Of a stretch of 64,000 nucleotides of DNA, positions 29,017-38,185 are shown piece after piece. The position numbers and the translations under genes were made by a program. Origin of the DNA: Candidatus Eiseniibacteriota bacterium (GTDB taxonomy: Bacteria > Eisenbacteria > RBG-16-71-46 > CAVPCR01); NCBI GenBank assembly GCA_963702435.1, contig CAVPCR010000001.1, forward strand, positions 1,184,001-1,248,000, given 5' to 3'. Position 1 is the stretch's first letter. Every line of letters begins with the position of its first letter. The notes under the pieces are model-generated. The model was not told the origin of the DNA, made no database searches, and worked only from the letters and a program-made list of their open reading frames with translations.

Positions 29017-30429
29017 CTAGCCGGACTCCGCCTGCCGCAGGCCGACGCGCGCCATCGGTTTCCACGCCACGTCGCCGCGCAGATACTCGATGATTCCGCG
29101 CAACCGCCAGATCAAGTGCAGCTGGCGGTAGGGGAAGTGCTCGGCGAAGCAGCAGAGAATGAGCTTGGTGACGTCCTTCCAATCATTGTAACGGCGATAG
29201 GTGATCTCTTCGAGAAGGACCGATCCGATCGAGATCATGGTGGCGAAGGCATAACCGAAGATCATGAACTGAATGAAGAACCCGCGGCTGAGCACGCCGA
29301 GAACGGCGGCGGTGATGATGGTGGCATAGCCCACCAGCTCCACCACCGGCGCCAGCAGCTCGAAGAGCCACAGATAGGGCAACGCGATGGTCCCCATGCG
29401 GCCGTAGCGCCGGCGGAAGAGCATGTCGCGATTCGGCCACAGCACGTCGAGGAGACCCTTTTGCCAGCGGGCGCGCTGCCGGGCCAGCGAGCGGGCGTCC
29501 GGAGGCACTTCGGTCCAACAGACCGGATCCGGCACGAAGCAGATCTGGTAGTCCTGCTTCGCTTCCAGCAGGTGCCTGTGCATCCGCATCACGACGTCGA
29601 TGTCCTCGCCGATGGCGGCCGGACGATAGCCGCCGATGCGGCGAACCAGGTCGCGCCTGAACACCCCAAAGGCGCCGGATATGATCGACAGCATGTTGTA
29701 GTAGGCCCAGCCTTCGCGTCCCACGAGAAACGCGCGCAGATACTCGATGACCTGGATGATCTCGAGCGGACCACGGGGCAGGCGGACCTCTTTGAGGCGT
29801 CCGCCCTCCACCCGGGAGCCGTTCAGCACCCGGACGATGCCCCCGGCGGCCACCACCCGCGCTGGATCGCTGAGAATGGGCACCATGATGCGGCGGAGCG
29901 CATCCGCATCGAGAATGGAGTCGGCGTCGACCACGCACACATAGGGACTCGATGCCGCGTTGAGAGCGGCGTTGACGGCGTCCGCTTTGCTGCCGCCCGG
30001 CTCCTTGTCCACCACGAGCAGCCGGGGCTCAACCTGGCTCATGTACACCGAGCGCACCGGTTTGCACTCGACTTCGCGGATGTAGAGGATATCGGTCGCC
30101 AGGAGCTGAAAATGCTCGCGCAGGACATCCAACGTGCCATCGGTCGACCCGTCGTTGACGACGACGACTTCCAGCTCGGGATAGTCGAGAGTCAGCAGCG
30201 ATGTCACGGACTCGACGATCGACAGCTCTTCGTTGTGCGCGGGGACCAGCAGGGAGACGGGCGGCGTCAGCGGCGTGGCGCCGGCGCGCTCGAGCCGGAC
30301 GCTCTCCAGCCGGCGCTGGTGCTCCGAGCTCGAGCGGATGGCGGTGACGAGCAGCGCCAGATAAACGAGATTCGTGATCAGGTAATAGACGAATAGCAAG
30401 TTGTTCGAGACATTCAGGAAGTCGATCAT
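29017..30429 (-). CDS. Processive glycosyltransferase family 2 (PgaC/IcaA-like)
   Basis: VPAHNEE, NDGSTD, KADAVN, VDADS, GEDID, QRARW (QxxRW), with flanking TM helices. Confidence 0.92.
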   Translation of the reverse strand: MIDFLNVSNNLLFVYYLITNLVYLALLVTAIRSSSEHQRRLESVRLERAGATPLTPPVSLLVPAHNEELSIVESVTSLLTLDYPELEVVVVNDGSTDGTLDVLREHFQLLATDILYIREVECKPVRSVYMSQVEPRLLVVDKEPGGSKADAVNAALNAASSPYVCVVDADSILDADALRRIMVPILSDPARVVAAGGIVRVLNGSRVEGGRLKEVRLPRGPLEIIQVIEYLRAFLVGREGWAYYNMLSIISGAFGVFRRDLVRRIGGYRPAAIGEDIDVVMRMHRHLLEAKQDYQICFVPDPVCWTEVPPDARSLARQRARWQKGLLDVLWPNRDMLFRRRYGRMGTIALPYLWLFELLAPVVELVGYATIITAAVLGVLSRGFFIQFMIFGYAFATMISIGSVLLEEITYRRYNDWKDVTKLILCCFAEHFPYRQLHLIWRLRGIIEYLRGDVAWKPMARVGLRQAESG

Positions 30430-31808
30430 GACGCCAAGCGCCGCCGCGCCCTCTGCGGAGCAGGTGCGGGCTCCTCTTGGATCTCCACCAGCACGCGCTG
30501 CGTCAACTGCCGCACTTCGAGGTCGGTCGAGGTCTCCCAGGCGTGATGCAGCAAGGGGGCGAGGACTCGTTCGCGGGAGCGCCCGAGCACCTTGGCAATC
30601 GCCTCCCGCACGCGCGCGCGACGATGCTGCGCCAGCGCGGAGACCAGCAGGCGGTGGGCGCCGAAGCGCACGATCGTCCCCAGGAGGCGTTGAGCCCTGG
30701 CGCGCGAGCGCGTGTCGAGCTGGTCCACCAGCTCGAGCACGGCTCCCGAGCGCTCGAGCTCGCTGATCAGCGCTTGCATGGCGTAGTTGTCCTTCCGCTC
30801 GGCGGCCAGGTCCAGAATGCGCTCCAGATCACCGCGGAGCTGCGCCAGCGCCATCGCCGACCGCAGCCGGACGAAGCGGTTCGGGTCACAAAGGGCGTTC
30901 ACCAGGGTCGGAATCGCCCGCGCTTGTTTCATCTGGCCGAGGGCGACTACCGCCCGCAGGCGGACGAACCATTCCTGGTCTTCGGTCAGCGCGCCGAGCG
31001 CGGAGAGCGCGACACTGAAGCGAGCTTCGCCGAGCGATCGCGCGGCGGAGGCGCGGACCTCCGCCTGGGTGTCGCACGCCAGGAGCAAGAGGTCTTCATT
31101 CAGCTTGCCGGTCGCTACCTCGCCGAGCACGCGGGCCAGCATCGCCCGGGTCTCGGGTGCGGCCTGGCGCAGATAGGGCAAGAGGATCTGGGGTTCGTTC
31201 TTGGTGCAGCACAGAAGCGCGTTCTGGATCGAGTAGTACGGCGCTTGCAGGCGGCCGTCGAGCAGGCGATCGAGGATGGGACCGGCGGCGGCGGGGAGGG
31301 CCATGCGGCCGAGTCCGCGGAGGGCGGCCAGACGCGATTCGGCGCTCGTGTCGTCCAAGGCTTCGCTCAACGCGGGGATGGTCTCCGGGACTCGCGTGCG
31401 ACCGAGAAGCACCAGCGCTTGCCGGCGCCGCCACCCGCGAAGCCGCCTCGCCTCGGCGATGCGGCGATCAAGAAGGCCGCTCCGGGCGAGGCAGCGCTGG
31501 AGGCGCTCCCGCTCGTCGTCGCGCGCGGTCTCGATCTGGTCGATGAGAAGGGTCTGGACGACGTCCAGGCGCAAGCGATCCTCGAGCCAATCGCGGGTCG
31601 GTATCTCGCCGCTGACGATGTCCTCCCAATGGGCGCGGGCCCATCGGGCCCGCTCATCGCGGCGCCTGAAGTGGCGGCGCCTCAAGGCCCGCCGGAGAAG
31701 AATGAACGAGAGCAGGAGCACGATCCCGATGACGCTGCCGACGATCGCCGCGAGGACGAAGCGGGCAGGTTCCAGCCGCCCGGCCCACTGCTCAAAAGCG
31801 GACGGCAT
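30426..31808 (-). CDS. Membrane-anchored HEAT-repeat protein
   Basis: N-terminal TM, then repeats such as VRASAARSLG, VRLRAVVALG and VRLRSAMALA. Confidence 0.85.
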   Translation of the reverse strand: MPSAFEQWAGRLEPARFVLAAIVGSVIGIVLLLSFILLRRALRRRHFRRRDERARWARAHWEDIVSGEIPTRDWLEDRLRLDVVQTLLIDQIETARDDERERLQRCLARSGLLDRRIAEARRLRGWRRRQALVLLGRTRVPETIPALSEALDDTSAESRLAALRGLGRMALPAAAGPILDRLLDGRLQAPYYSIQNALLCCTKNEPQILLPYLRQAAPETRAMLARVLGEVATGKLNEDLLLLACDTQAEVRASAARSLGEARFSVALSALGALTEDQEWFVRLRAVVALGQMKQARAIPTLVNALCDPNRFVRLRSAMALAQLRGDLERILDLAAERKDNYAMQALISELERSGAVLELVDQLDTRSRARAQRLLGTIVRFGAHRLLVSALAQHRRARVREAIAKVLGRSRERVLAPLLHHAWETSTDLEVRQLTQRVLVEIQEEPAPAPQRARRRLAS

Positions 31809-33057
31809 AGCCGATGCCCATGCTGGTCTGCGCGCGGCCCTGCGCGCGGTTCTGATAGGCGATGGTGCCGCTCAGGTCTTGCCCCGGTGTGAGCTCGATC
31901 TTCAGGCCGCCGCCAAAGGTGCGAGCGCTGAAGCGGCCGATCTGCTCGCGTTCCGCGTAGTTCTCCGTACCGACCGCGAAGGAGAGGCTGCCCGTCAAGC
32001 GCCGGGCGAGAGGGATAGTCAGTCGTGAAGAGCCGGCAGGTCGCCACTCCGCGCCCACGCCCGGAAAGCGACTGTGGGCTGCGGTGACGCTCAAGAAGCC
32101 CGTCCATTGCGCCCGCCAATACACGAGCAGCGACGGGGTGAGGGTCAGGATCTGGGCCGTCTCGTACCACAACCAGCGCTGGTTCCAGCTCGCCTCGATC
32201 CCGCGCACGAAGCCGGTCTGACTCGCCATGTATCCGTGTCCGTATTCCAGAAACGCCTCCCCCTTCGGCACGACGCCCCCGTGGCGACCGCCGCCGCCGC
32301 CGACCGTGATCGCCTGGTGCGACGTGGGCCGGCAGGTCATGCTGCCGAGAAGGCGGGCTGCATCGACGCCGCCGCGGCGATCGAGGCGCGAGCTCACGGC
32401 GCAAGTCCAGCGGGGCGAGAGGTCGGTGCGCAGTTCGAGCGAGAGACCCTGCGCATCCGGGGATGGGTCGTTGAACGAGTCGAATTCGCTGCCGACGAGG
32501 AGGACGTGCGCCGGGGGTGGGGCGACCGAATCCAATCCTCCCAGCGCGTCGGCGTTCAGCGGGTCGAGGGTCAGGGCCTGGGCGAAGGCGGCGTGCGCGT
32601 CCGCCCGGCGCCCGAGCGCACGCAGCATCCGACCTCGCGCGTTGTAGACATCGACGTAAGAAGGCGCGAGCGCCGCGGCGCGTTGCAAGAGCTCGAACGC
32701 CTCCGCGTAGCGCTCCTCGGCGCCGAGCACATTGGCGAGGCCGAGCAGCACGTCGGCGTCAGGTGGCGCGACGGCCAGAACCCGGCGGTATTCCGCTTCC
32801 GATTCGGCCCGCCGGTCGCACCAGGCGAGAAGACGCGCCCGCCAGGTGCGAGCTTCGAGGTTCTCCGGATCCGCCGCCAGCTCCTCTTCGGCGCGGGCGA
32901 GGGCGGCCGCAAAGTCCCGGGCGGCGATCAACCGGTGCATCTCCACGGGCCATGCCTCGGTCTCGGCGCGGGCCGCCGGCGGATCGCCGGGCGAGAGGAG
33001 GCAAGTCAGGGCCAGGAAGAACAGCGCCGGCTCAAGACGGAGCGGCGAGCGCGTCAT
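31792..33057 (-). CDS. TPR plus YaiO-like outer-membrane beta-barrel protein
   Basis: Signal peptide, TPR-like helices (ARLLAW, ALTLDP), amphipathic beta-strands, C-terminal YAVRF. Upstream of the HEAT and GT2 genes. Confidence 0.75.
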   Translation of the reverse strand: MTRSPLRLEPALFFLALTCLLSPGDPPAARAETEAWPVEMHRLIAARDFAAALARAEEELAADPENLEARTWRARLLAWCDRRAESEAEYRRVLAVAPPDADVLLGLANVLGAEERYAEAFELLQRAAALAPSYVDVYNARGRMLRALGRRADAHAAFAQALTLDPLNADALGGLDSVAPPPAHVLLVGSEFDSFNDPSPDAQGLSLELRTDLSPRWTCAVSSRLDRRGGVDAARLLGSMTCRPTSHQAITVGGGGGRHGGVVPKGEAFLEYGHGYMASQTGFVRGIEASWNQRWLWYETAQILTLTPSLLVYWRAQWTGFLSVTAAHSRFPGVGAEWRPAGSSRLTIPLARRLTGSLSFAVGTENYAEREQIGRFSARTFGGGLKIELTPGQDLSGTIAYQNRAQGRAQTSMGIGYAVRF

Positions 33058-33692
33058 GCGTGAGGCTCCACCCTTCGTTCGCCGGGTGATGGAATGGGAT
33101 TCTGTTCGGGGTCCGTCAATGGGCCGTCCCGATACGGGACACTCCGCGCGCGAGACTCGAATGCCGCCGGGGTCTTCGTCTGGAGAGTCGGCGGGAATCG
33201 CGGTCGCGTGAGGGGTCCCGACACCCGGGCCGATTCGAGATCTCTCTAATTGATGCTGATTGAGACGGTGAGAAGGGGGGGGCGCGCGATCTCGAGCTGG
33301 GGGTCACCTGCGGAATAGCGAGCCTGGGGCCCGAGCGGCATTCTATCGCGCTATCGGCACCGGCGGGATCCGGTCCCCCCGCGCCAACACCCCGAAGTGA
33401 CGCGCTACTGCCGGTCACGCCACGCCTCGGGCGCGCCGCCGCCGCCCGCCCGCTCCACCTCGCCCCCCCGCTCCGCCCCTCCTCCCGGCGCAGCGACGAA
33501 AGGAAATTCCCATCCCTGAATGGGTCGTTGTGCGCATCGAGGAGCGACTCGGCGTGGTGACGGTCCCTCTTGCTGGGCGGCGTTCGACACGGACACGCTA
33601 TGGAGCACCACGGCTGAAAGCCGCGATCGTGCCGGCAGCCGGGGCGGGACCAAGCCGGGCGGCCGCGACATTCGCAAGCCCCGTGTTGTTCT

Positions 33693-35336
33693 CTACCTGA
33701 CGAGCACCATGGCCCGCGTCGCGCTTTGAGCGCCGCCCTCGATGCGGCAGTAATAGATCCCCGCGGCGGCAGCGCGGCCGGCCGCATCCTTGCCGTCCCA
33801 GACGGCGAGGTGGTCCCCGGCCGCCAGCGGACTGTCGATGAGCGTGCGGACGATCCGCCCGTTCACGTCATAGACGCGAACGACGACCGCCGCTGCGCCC
33901 GGCAAGGTGAAGGAGATCGTGGTCGACGGGTTGAAGGGATTGGGCAGGTTCGGCCCCACCGCGAAGACGTGGGGAAAAGCAACCCCCGGCTCGATCGCTG
34001 TCGGCAGGCAGCCGACGGGGAGCGCGCCGATCAGCTGACCGCACGGCGAGCTGGTCGGGATGCAGGGCGAGTCCTCGCGCAGGAACAGGTTGCCGCCCGG
34101 GGCGTTGCAGTAGAGCGGATCGGCGCTCAGGTTGTCGGTCCCGGATCCGGGGCACACGTCGTCGCCCCCCGCGTTCTGGTAGAGATCGCTGCATTCGACC
34201 AGCAGGGTGAGCGCGGAGTGGCCGCACTGTGGCACTCCGCGACCGATGAGGGTGCCGCTCACGATGCTCCGAGCGACCGTGATCTGCGCCGCGCCGGCTC
34301 CCGCCGAGCTGGCGGAGATCCCGACCTGGTTCGCGTGATAGGTGCACTCCTCGAGCCTGACCGACCCGGGATTCATTCCCGCCGCCGGCGCCCGCAGGCC
34401 GCCGGCGTTCCCCCACACCACGCAGCGCACGAGCTCCATGCCCGGTGCGGACGACGTGCCGCCGTTGGATCTGAGCTCGCATCCCTCCAGATAGAAGGTC
34501 GAGGCGAGCGGACCGCCGCCGAACGCGCCGGCTGCGTTGAGGGAGATCAGGGTATTGAATGCTTCGATGTAGGTGGACTCGAAGTTGGTGAAGGCCTGAC
34601 CCTGGAGACCAAGGCCGCCGTTCCCGGTCACGTCGCAATCGCGGAGCGTGACGCGCGGTCCTTCCGACCAGCTGTAGGAGTCGAGCAGGACGCCGCTCGC
34701 CGTGTTGTCGGCGATGACGCAACCTGTGAGCTCCGCACGCCCGATCACGCCGACGTTGTTGCCACGGATCTCGCAGTCGAGGGCGACGATCCTGGTGAAG
34801 GGAATCGAGCTGCCGAGAAGACCGGCCCCCCCGTTGCCTGTCACCGAGCAGTGGACGAAAGTGCACGAGCGGTCCGTCTGCACCTCGGCGCCGTCGTTTG
34901 CGCACGCGGTGAACGCGCACCAATCGAACGTCGGGCGTGGTTGGGAACCGGTCACCACCCCGGTGCCGCTCGGCGCCATGAAGGTGAAGCCGCTGACCGC
35001 GCATGCCCGGCCCGCGCTGCCGGACAGCCGCAAGGCCGGGTTGCCCTGAACGGTCGTGTGCTCCCGGCCGCCGACCGAGTGCACCGTCAGGCCCTTGTTG
35101 AGGATCGCGACGCTTTCGACGTAGGTCCCGGGGCCGACGAGCACCGTGTCCGCGGTGGCGGCGGAATCGACCGCCGCCTGGATGGTCGGCGCGTGGCCGC
35201 TCCCATCGGCGAGGACGAGCCAGGTCCGGGCCTGGCCTGGAGTGGAGAAGAAAAGGAGGGCGAGAGGCAAAACTAGGGCGAAGAGCATGACCCGGGGGCC
35301 AATGCAGCGACTCCCTGTGGTGACTGGGGTCAACAT
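33693..35336 (-). CDS. Secreted right-handed beta-helix protein with FlgD/T9SS-type C-terminal domain
   Basis: RBS GGAGG then ATG 35336. TIQAAVD...DTVLVGPGTYVE, C.I..N repeats, SPC...CGQLIGALPVGC, PNPFNPSTTISF...WDGKD...GIYY. Confidence 0.85.
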   Translation of the reverse strand: MLTPVTTGSRCIGPRVMLFALVLPLALLFFSTPGQARTWLVLADGSGHAPTIQAAVDSAATADTVLVGPGTYVESVAILNKGLTVHSVGGREHTTVQGNPALRLSGSAGRACAVSGFTFMAPSGTGVVTGSQPRPTFDWCAFTACANDGAEVQTDRSCTFVHCSVTGNGGAGLLGSSIPFTRIVALDCEIRGNNVGVIGRAELTGCVIADNTASGVLLDSYSWSEGPRVTLRDCDVTGNGGLGLQGQAFTNFESTYIEAFNTLISLNAAGAFGGGPLASTFYLEGCELRSNGGTSSAPGMELVRCVVWGNAGGLRAPAAGMNPGSVRLEECTYHANQVGISASSAGAGAAQITVARSIVSGTLIGRGVPQCGHSALTLLVECSDLYQNAGGDDVCPGSGTDNLSADPLYCNAPGGNLFLREDSPCIPTSSPCGQLIGALPVGCLPTAIEPGVAFPHVFAVGPNLPNPFNPSTTISFTLPGAAAVVVRVYDVNGRIVRTLIDSPLAAGDHLAVWDGKDAAGRAAAAGIYYCRIEGGAQSATRAMVLVR

Positions 35337-35380
35337 GGGTCCACCTCCGTTCACGCCGAGACTCATTCTATGCAGAACAA

Positions 35381-35396
35381 AGCATAGACCATGCCT
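35381..35396 (-). promoter_or_regulatory. Candidate sigma54 -24/-12 promoter
   Basis: Minus strand AGGCATGGTCTATGCT (GG-N10-GC), about 45 nt upstream of ATG 35336 and next to a sigma54 activator gene. Confidence 0.5.
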
Positions 35397-35590
35397 CGCA
35401 CAACGCGCCCACGCATCGGGTCGAATGCGGAGCTAGATCCCGTCTTCCTCTGGGCTTCCGGGCATGGCCGACGCGGGCGCGACAGTCCGCAGTGTTCGTT
35501 TCCGGGCAGCATTGTTCGCGGGCGAACAGCTTGGCCCCTCGTTCCGGCCGCGGGCTGGCCGCGCCGGCGCGCGGTCCCGCGCCGCCGGGG

Positions 35591-37265
35591 CTACGCAGGC
35601 CCGATCTTCTGCAACCGGCGCAGGAAGGCGTTCCGGTGCATGCCGAGGAGAGCGGCGGCCTGCGCCTGGTTGCCTCCGGTGCGGCGCATCGCCTCGCGGA
35701 TGGCTGCCGTCTCGATCTGCTCGAGCGTCATCACGCCGAGTGGCAGCTCGAGATCCGGCGAGCGCTCTTGCTCTCCCGTCTCGAGGAACCGTGGGAGGTC
35801 ACCGGCGTCGATCAGCGGCCGCTCGGCCATGATGAGGGCCCGCTTCACGAAGTGCTCGAGCTCGCGGACATTGCCTGGCCAGGGCGCGCGCTCGAGCGCC
35901 TTGAGTGCTGTGTCGGTAAAGGAAATCTCCTTGCCGCCCGCGCGGGCGGCGTGCAGGGCGAGGAAGTGGCGGAGGAGGAGCGGGATGTCCGCCCGTCGCT
36001 CGCGGAGCGGCGGCACGCGGAGCGTGATCACGTTCAGCCGGTAGAGGAGGTCGCGCCGGAACTTGCCCTGGTCGACGGCGCGCAGGAGGTCGGCGCTGGT
36101 CGCGCACAAGAGGCGGAAGTCCACGCGCCGCTCGCGGTTCGAGCCGACCGGCCGCACCATCCGGTCGTCGAGCACGCGCAGGAGCTTGGCCTGGAGCCGC
36201 AAGTCGAGCTCCGCGATCTCGTCGAGGAAGAGGGTGCCGTGGTCGGCCAGAGTGGCGATGCCTTCGCGTTCGGCGTGTGCTCCGGTGAAGGCGCCGCGCG
36301 CATGGCCGAAGAGCTCGCTCTCGAGGAGCTCGCCGGGGATGGCGGCGCAGTTCTGGGCGACGAACGGGCCATCCGCCGGCTGGCGCGGTGCAGGGCGTGG
36401 GCGAGAAGCTCCTTGCCCGAACCGCTCTCACCGAGGAGGAGCACGGGGAAGTCGGTGGGGGCCACGCGCGTGACGTTCTCGAGGAGCGCGGCCATGGGCC
36501 GGCAGCGACCGATGATCTCGTCGAAGGTCACCCGCGAGGCGAGCTCGCGGCGCAGGCGCTGGTTGGCGAGCGCCAGCTCGCTGTAGCGCTCGGCGTTCTG
36601 GATGGCGGGACCGGAGAGCCCAGCGAGGACGCCGATGAAGCGGATCGTGTCCGGGCTCAGGCGGCGGCCTGACTGGAGGTTGTCGAGATAGATGGCGCCG
36701 ACGACGCGATGGCTCGCCGGGATGGGGACGCAGACGACCGAGCGGATCGCGTGAAGCGCGACGCTCCCGCGTCCTCGAAGCGGGGATCCGCGAGCGCATC
36801 GTCGGTGTGCACCGCTTCCGAACGCGCCTGCTCGATAATGGTCCGGGAGAAGGTCTCGGCGGCGGCCACGGCCCGGCTGTCGGCGCCGCGCACGACCCAG
36901 GGGGTGGCCTTGCCCTGCCGCGGGTCGAAGTAGAAGAGGATGCCGCGTTCGGCGCCGGCATGGGCGACGGCGAAGTCGAGAATCCGGGGCAGGAGCTGCT
37001 CGATGTCGAGCGTGGCGTGGATGGCCCGCGAGATCTCGTAGAGTCGCTCGAGGTCGGCCGTCGAGGGAGGAAGCTCGCGTGGACCCGGTGCTCGGGGGCC
37101 CCGCGCCTGCCCGTCGGTCACCTGCCCTTCGCCCCCTGCGCTCGGACCGACCGCAGCCAAGTCGAACCCGAGATCGCGCTTCAGGTGCTCTGCGCGCTCG
37201 AGATCGTCCTCGGGGTGCGAGGGGGTCGGGGCTTTGTCCTTGTCGCGGGGAGAACGTGCTACCAA
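35591..37265 (-). pseudogene. GAF-AAA+-Fis sigma54-dependent activator with two frameshifts (pseudogene or sequencing errors)
   Basis: GAF (AERGILF...IRSVVCVP...GAIYLDN), [38 protein letters not shown] and Fis HTH are spread over three frames, with shifts near 36767 and 36375. Confidence 0.85.
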
Positions 37266-37342
37266 GTTGGATCGTGCCGGTTAACCTTCGACTGGGAGGG
37301 GGGATGGAGGTCTGTGCAGTACTATACCACCCGTAGGGCTAT

Positions 37343-37485
37343 ATGGCACGCCGCCGCTCGGCCGGGTGCCTCGGTGCGGGGTCACGGCTGGCGGCTGTTC
37401 ACGGCCGAGTTCAAGCGCCAGCGAATCGATCGCGTCTTGAGGGGTGCGCTCACGGCGGCGGAGCTGAGCCGGGAGCTCGGGACCG
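37343..37485 (+). mobile_element. Transposase N-terminal (HTH_Tnp_1, IS3-type OrfA-like) remnant
   Basis: Peptide RLFTAEFKRQRIDRVLRGALTAAELSRELG; no downstream DDE ORF recognised. Confidence 0.55.
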
Positions 37486-38185
37486 GGGCAGTCGCACAAG
37501 GCGAACAGGTCCCAGCAACGGATGGTCGTCCTCCGCTGACCCTGGCGCCTTGCCGATCGCACAGCACTCACGACTCGCCGGCGGTCACGCCGGGTCCGCC
37601 GCGCCGGCCCAGCTCCGGATCGTCCGCGGCGCTACCGCCCCCGGCGGCCAGAGCAAAGCCTCCTGCACCGCCTTGGTGAGCGTAGGCCCCGTCCATGCCG
37701 TTCGTACGCCGCGCGGCGTCCGAGCGGGGCGCGTGGGCGCGGGCCGGCGCGCCCCCGCCCGACGCCCCCCCTGCAGCCCGACTGATTCAATGTGATACGT
37801 CGCAGGCTCCCCCATGGCGGCACCCAGCCAAGACCCAGGACCGGGTCGACCAAGGTCTCCCGAGCGCCGATAGTGAACGCGAGAGCGTTCTCTCAGCTGA
37901 AGCAACCGGCCCGCACGGTTCTTGGGCTCGCCAGGGCAGGTCCGAGCGCTCGACTTCGGCGTGACAGCATCCGAGAGCGGTGCCCACACTCGGCGCCGCT
38001 TCTCTCGGATCGAGGGGGCAGCGAACTCTCTTATGGAACCGTTGCAGTCTGTGCGCAGCGCTGGGCTCGACGGCGTGAGCGCGATCCGGATCTGCGGCGA
38101 CCGAGGCACGACTCACGGCCATGCGCCGGCTCCATCGCGGAGCGATGGGAGCCCCACTCGCGTCATGGCCCCGGTGGACTCCTGC

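Noticed and set aside
37788..37806. TGTGA-containing CRP/FNR-like site upstream of the adhesin
   Set aside because: The second half-site and spacing do not match TGTGA-N6-TCACA.
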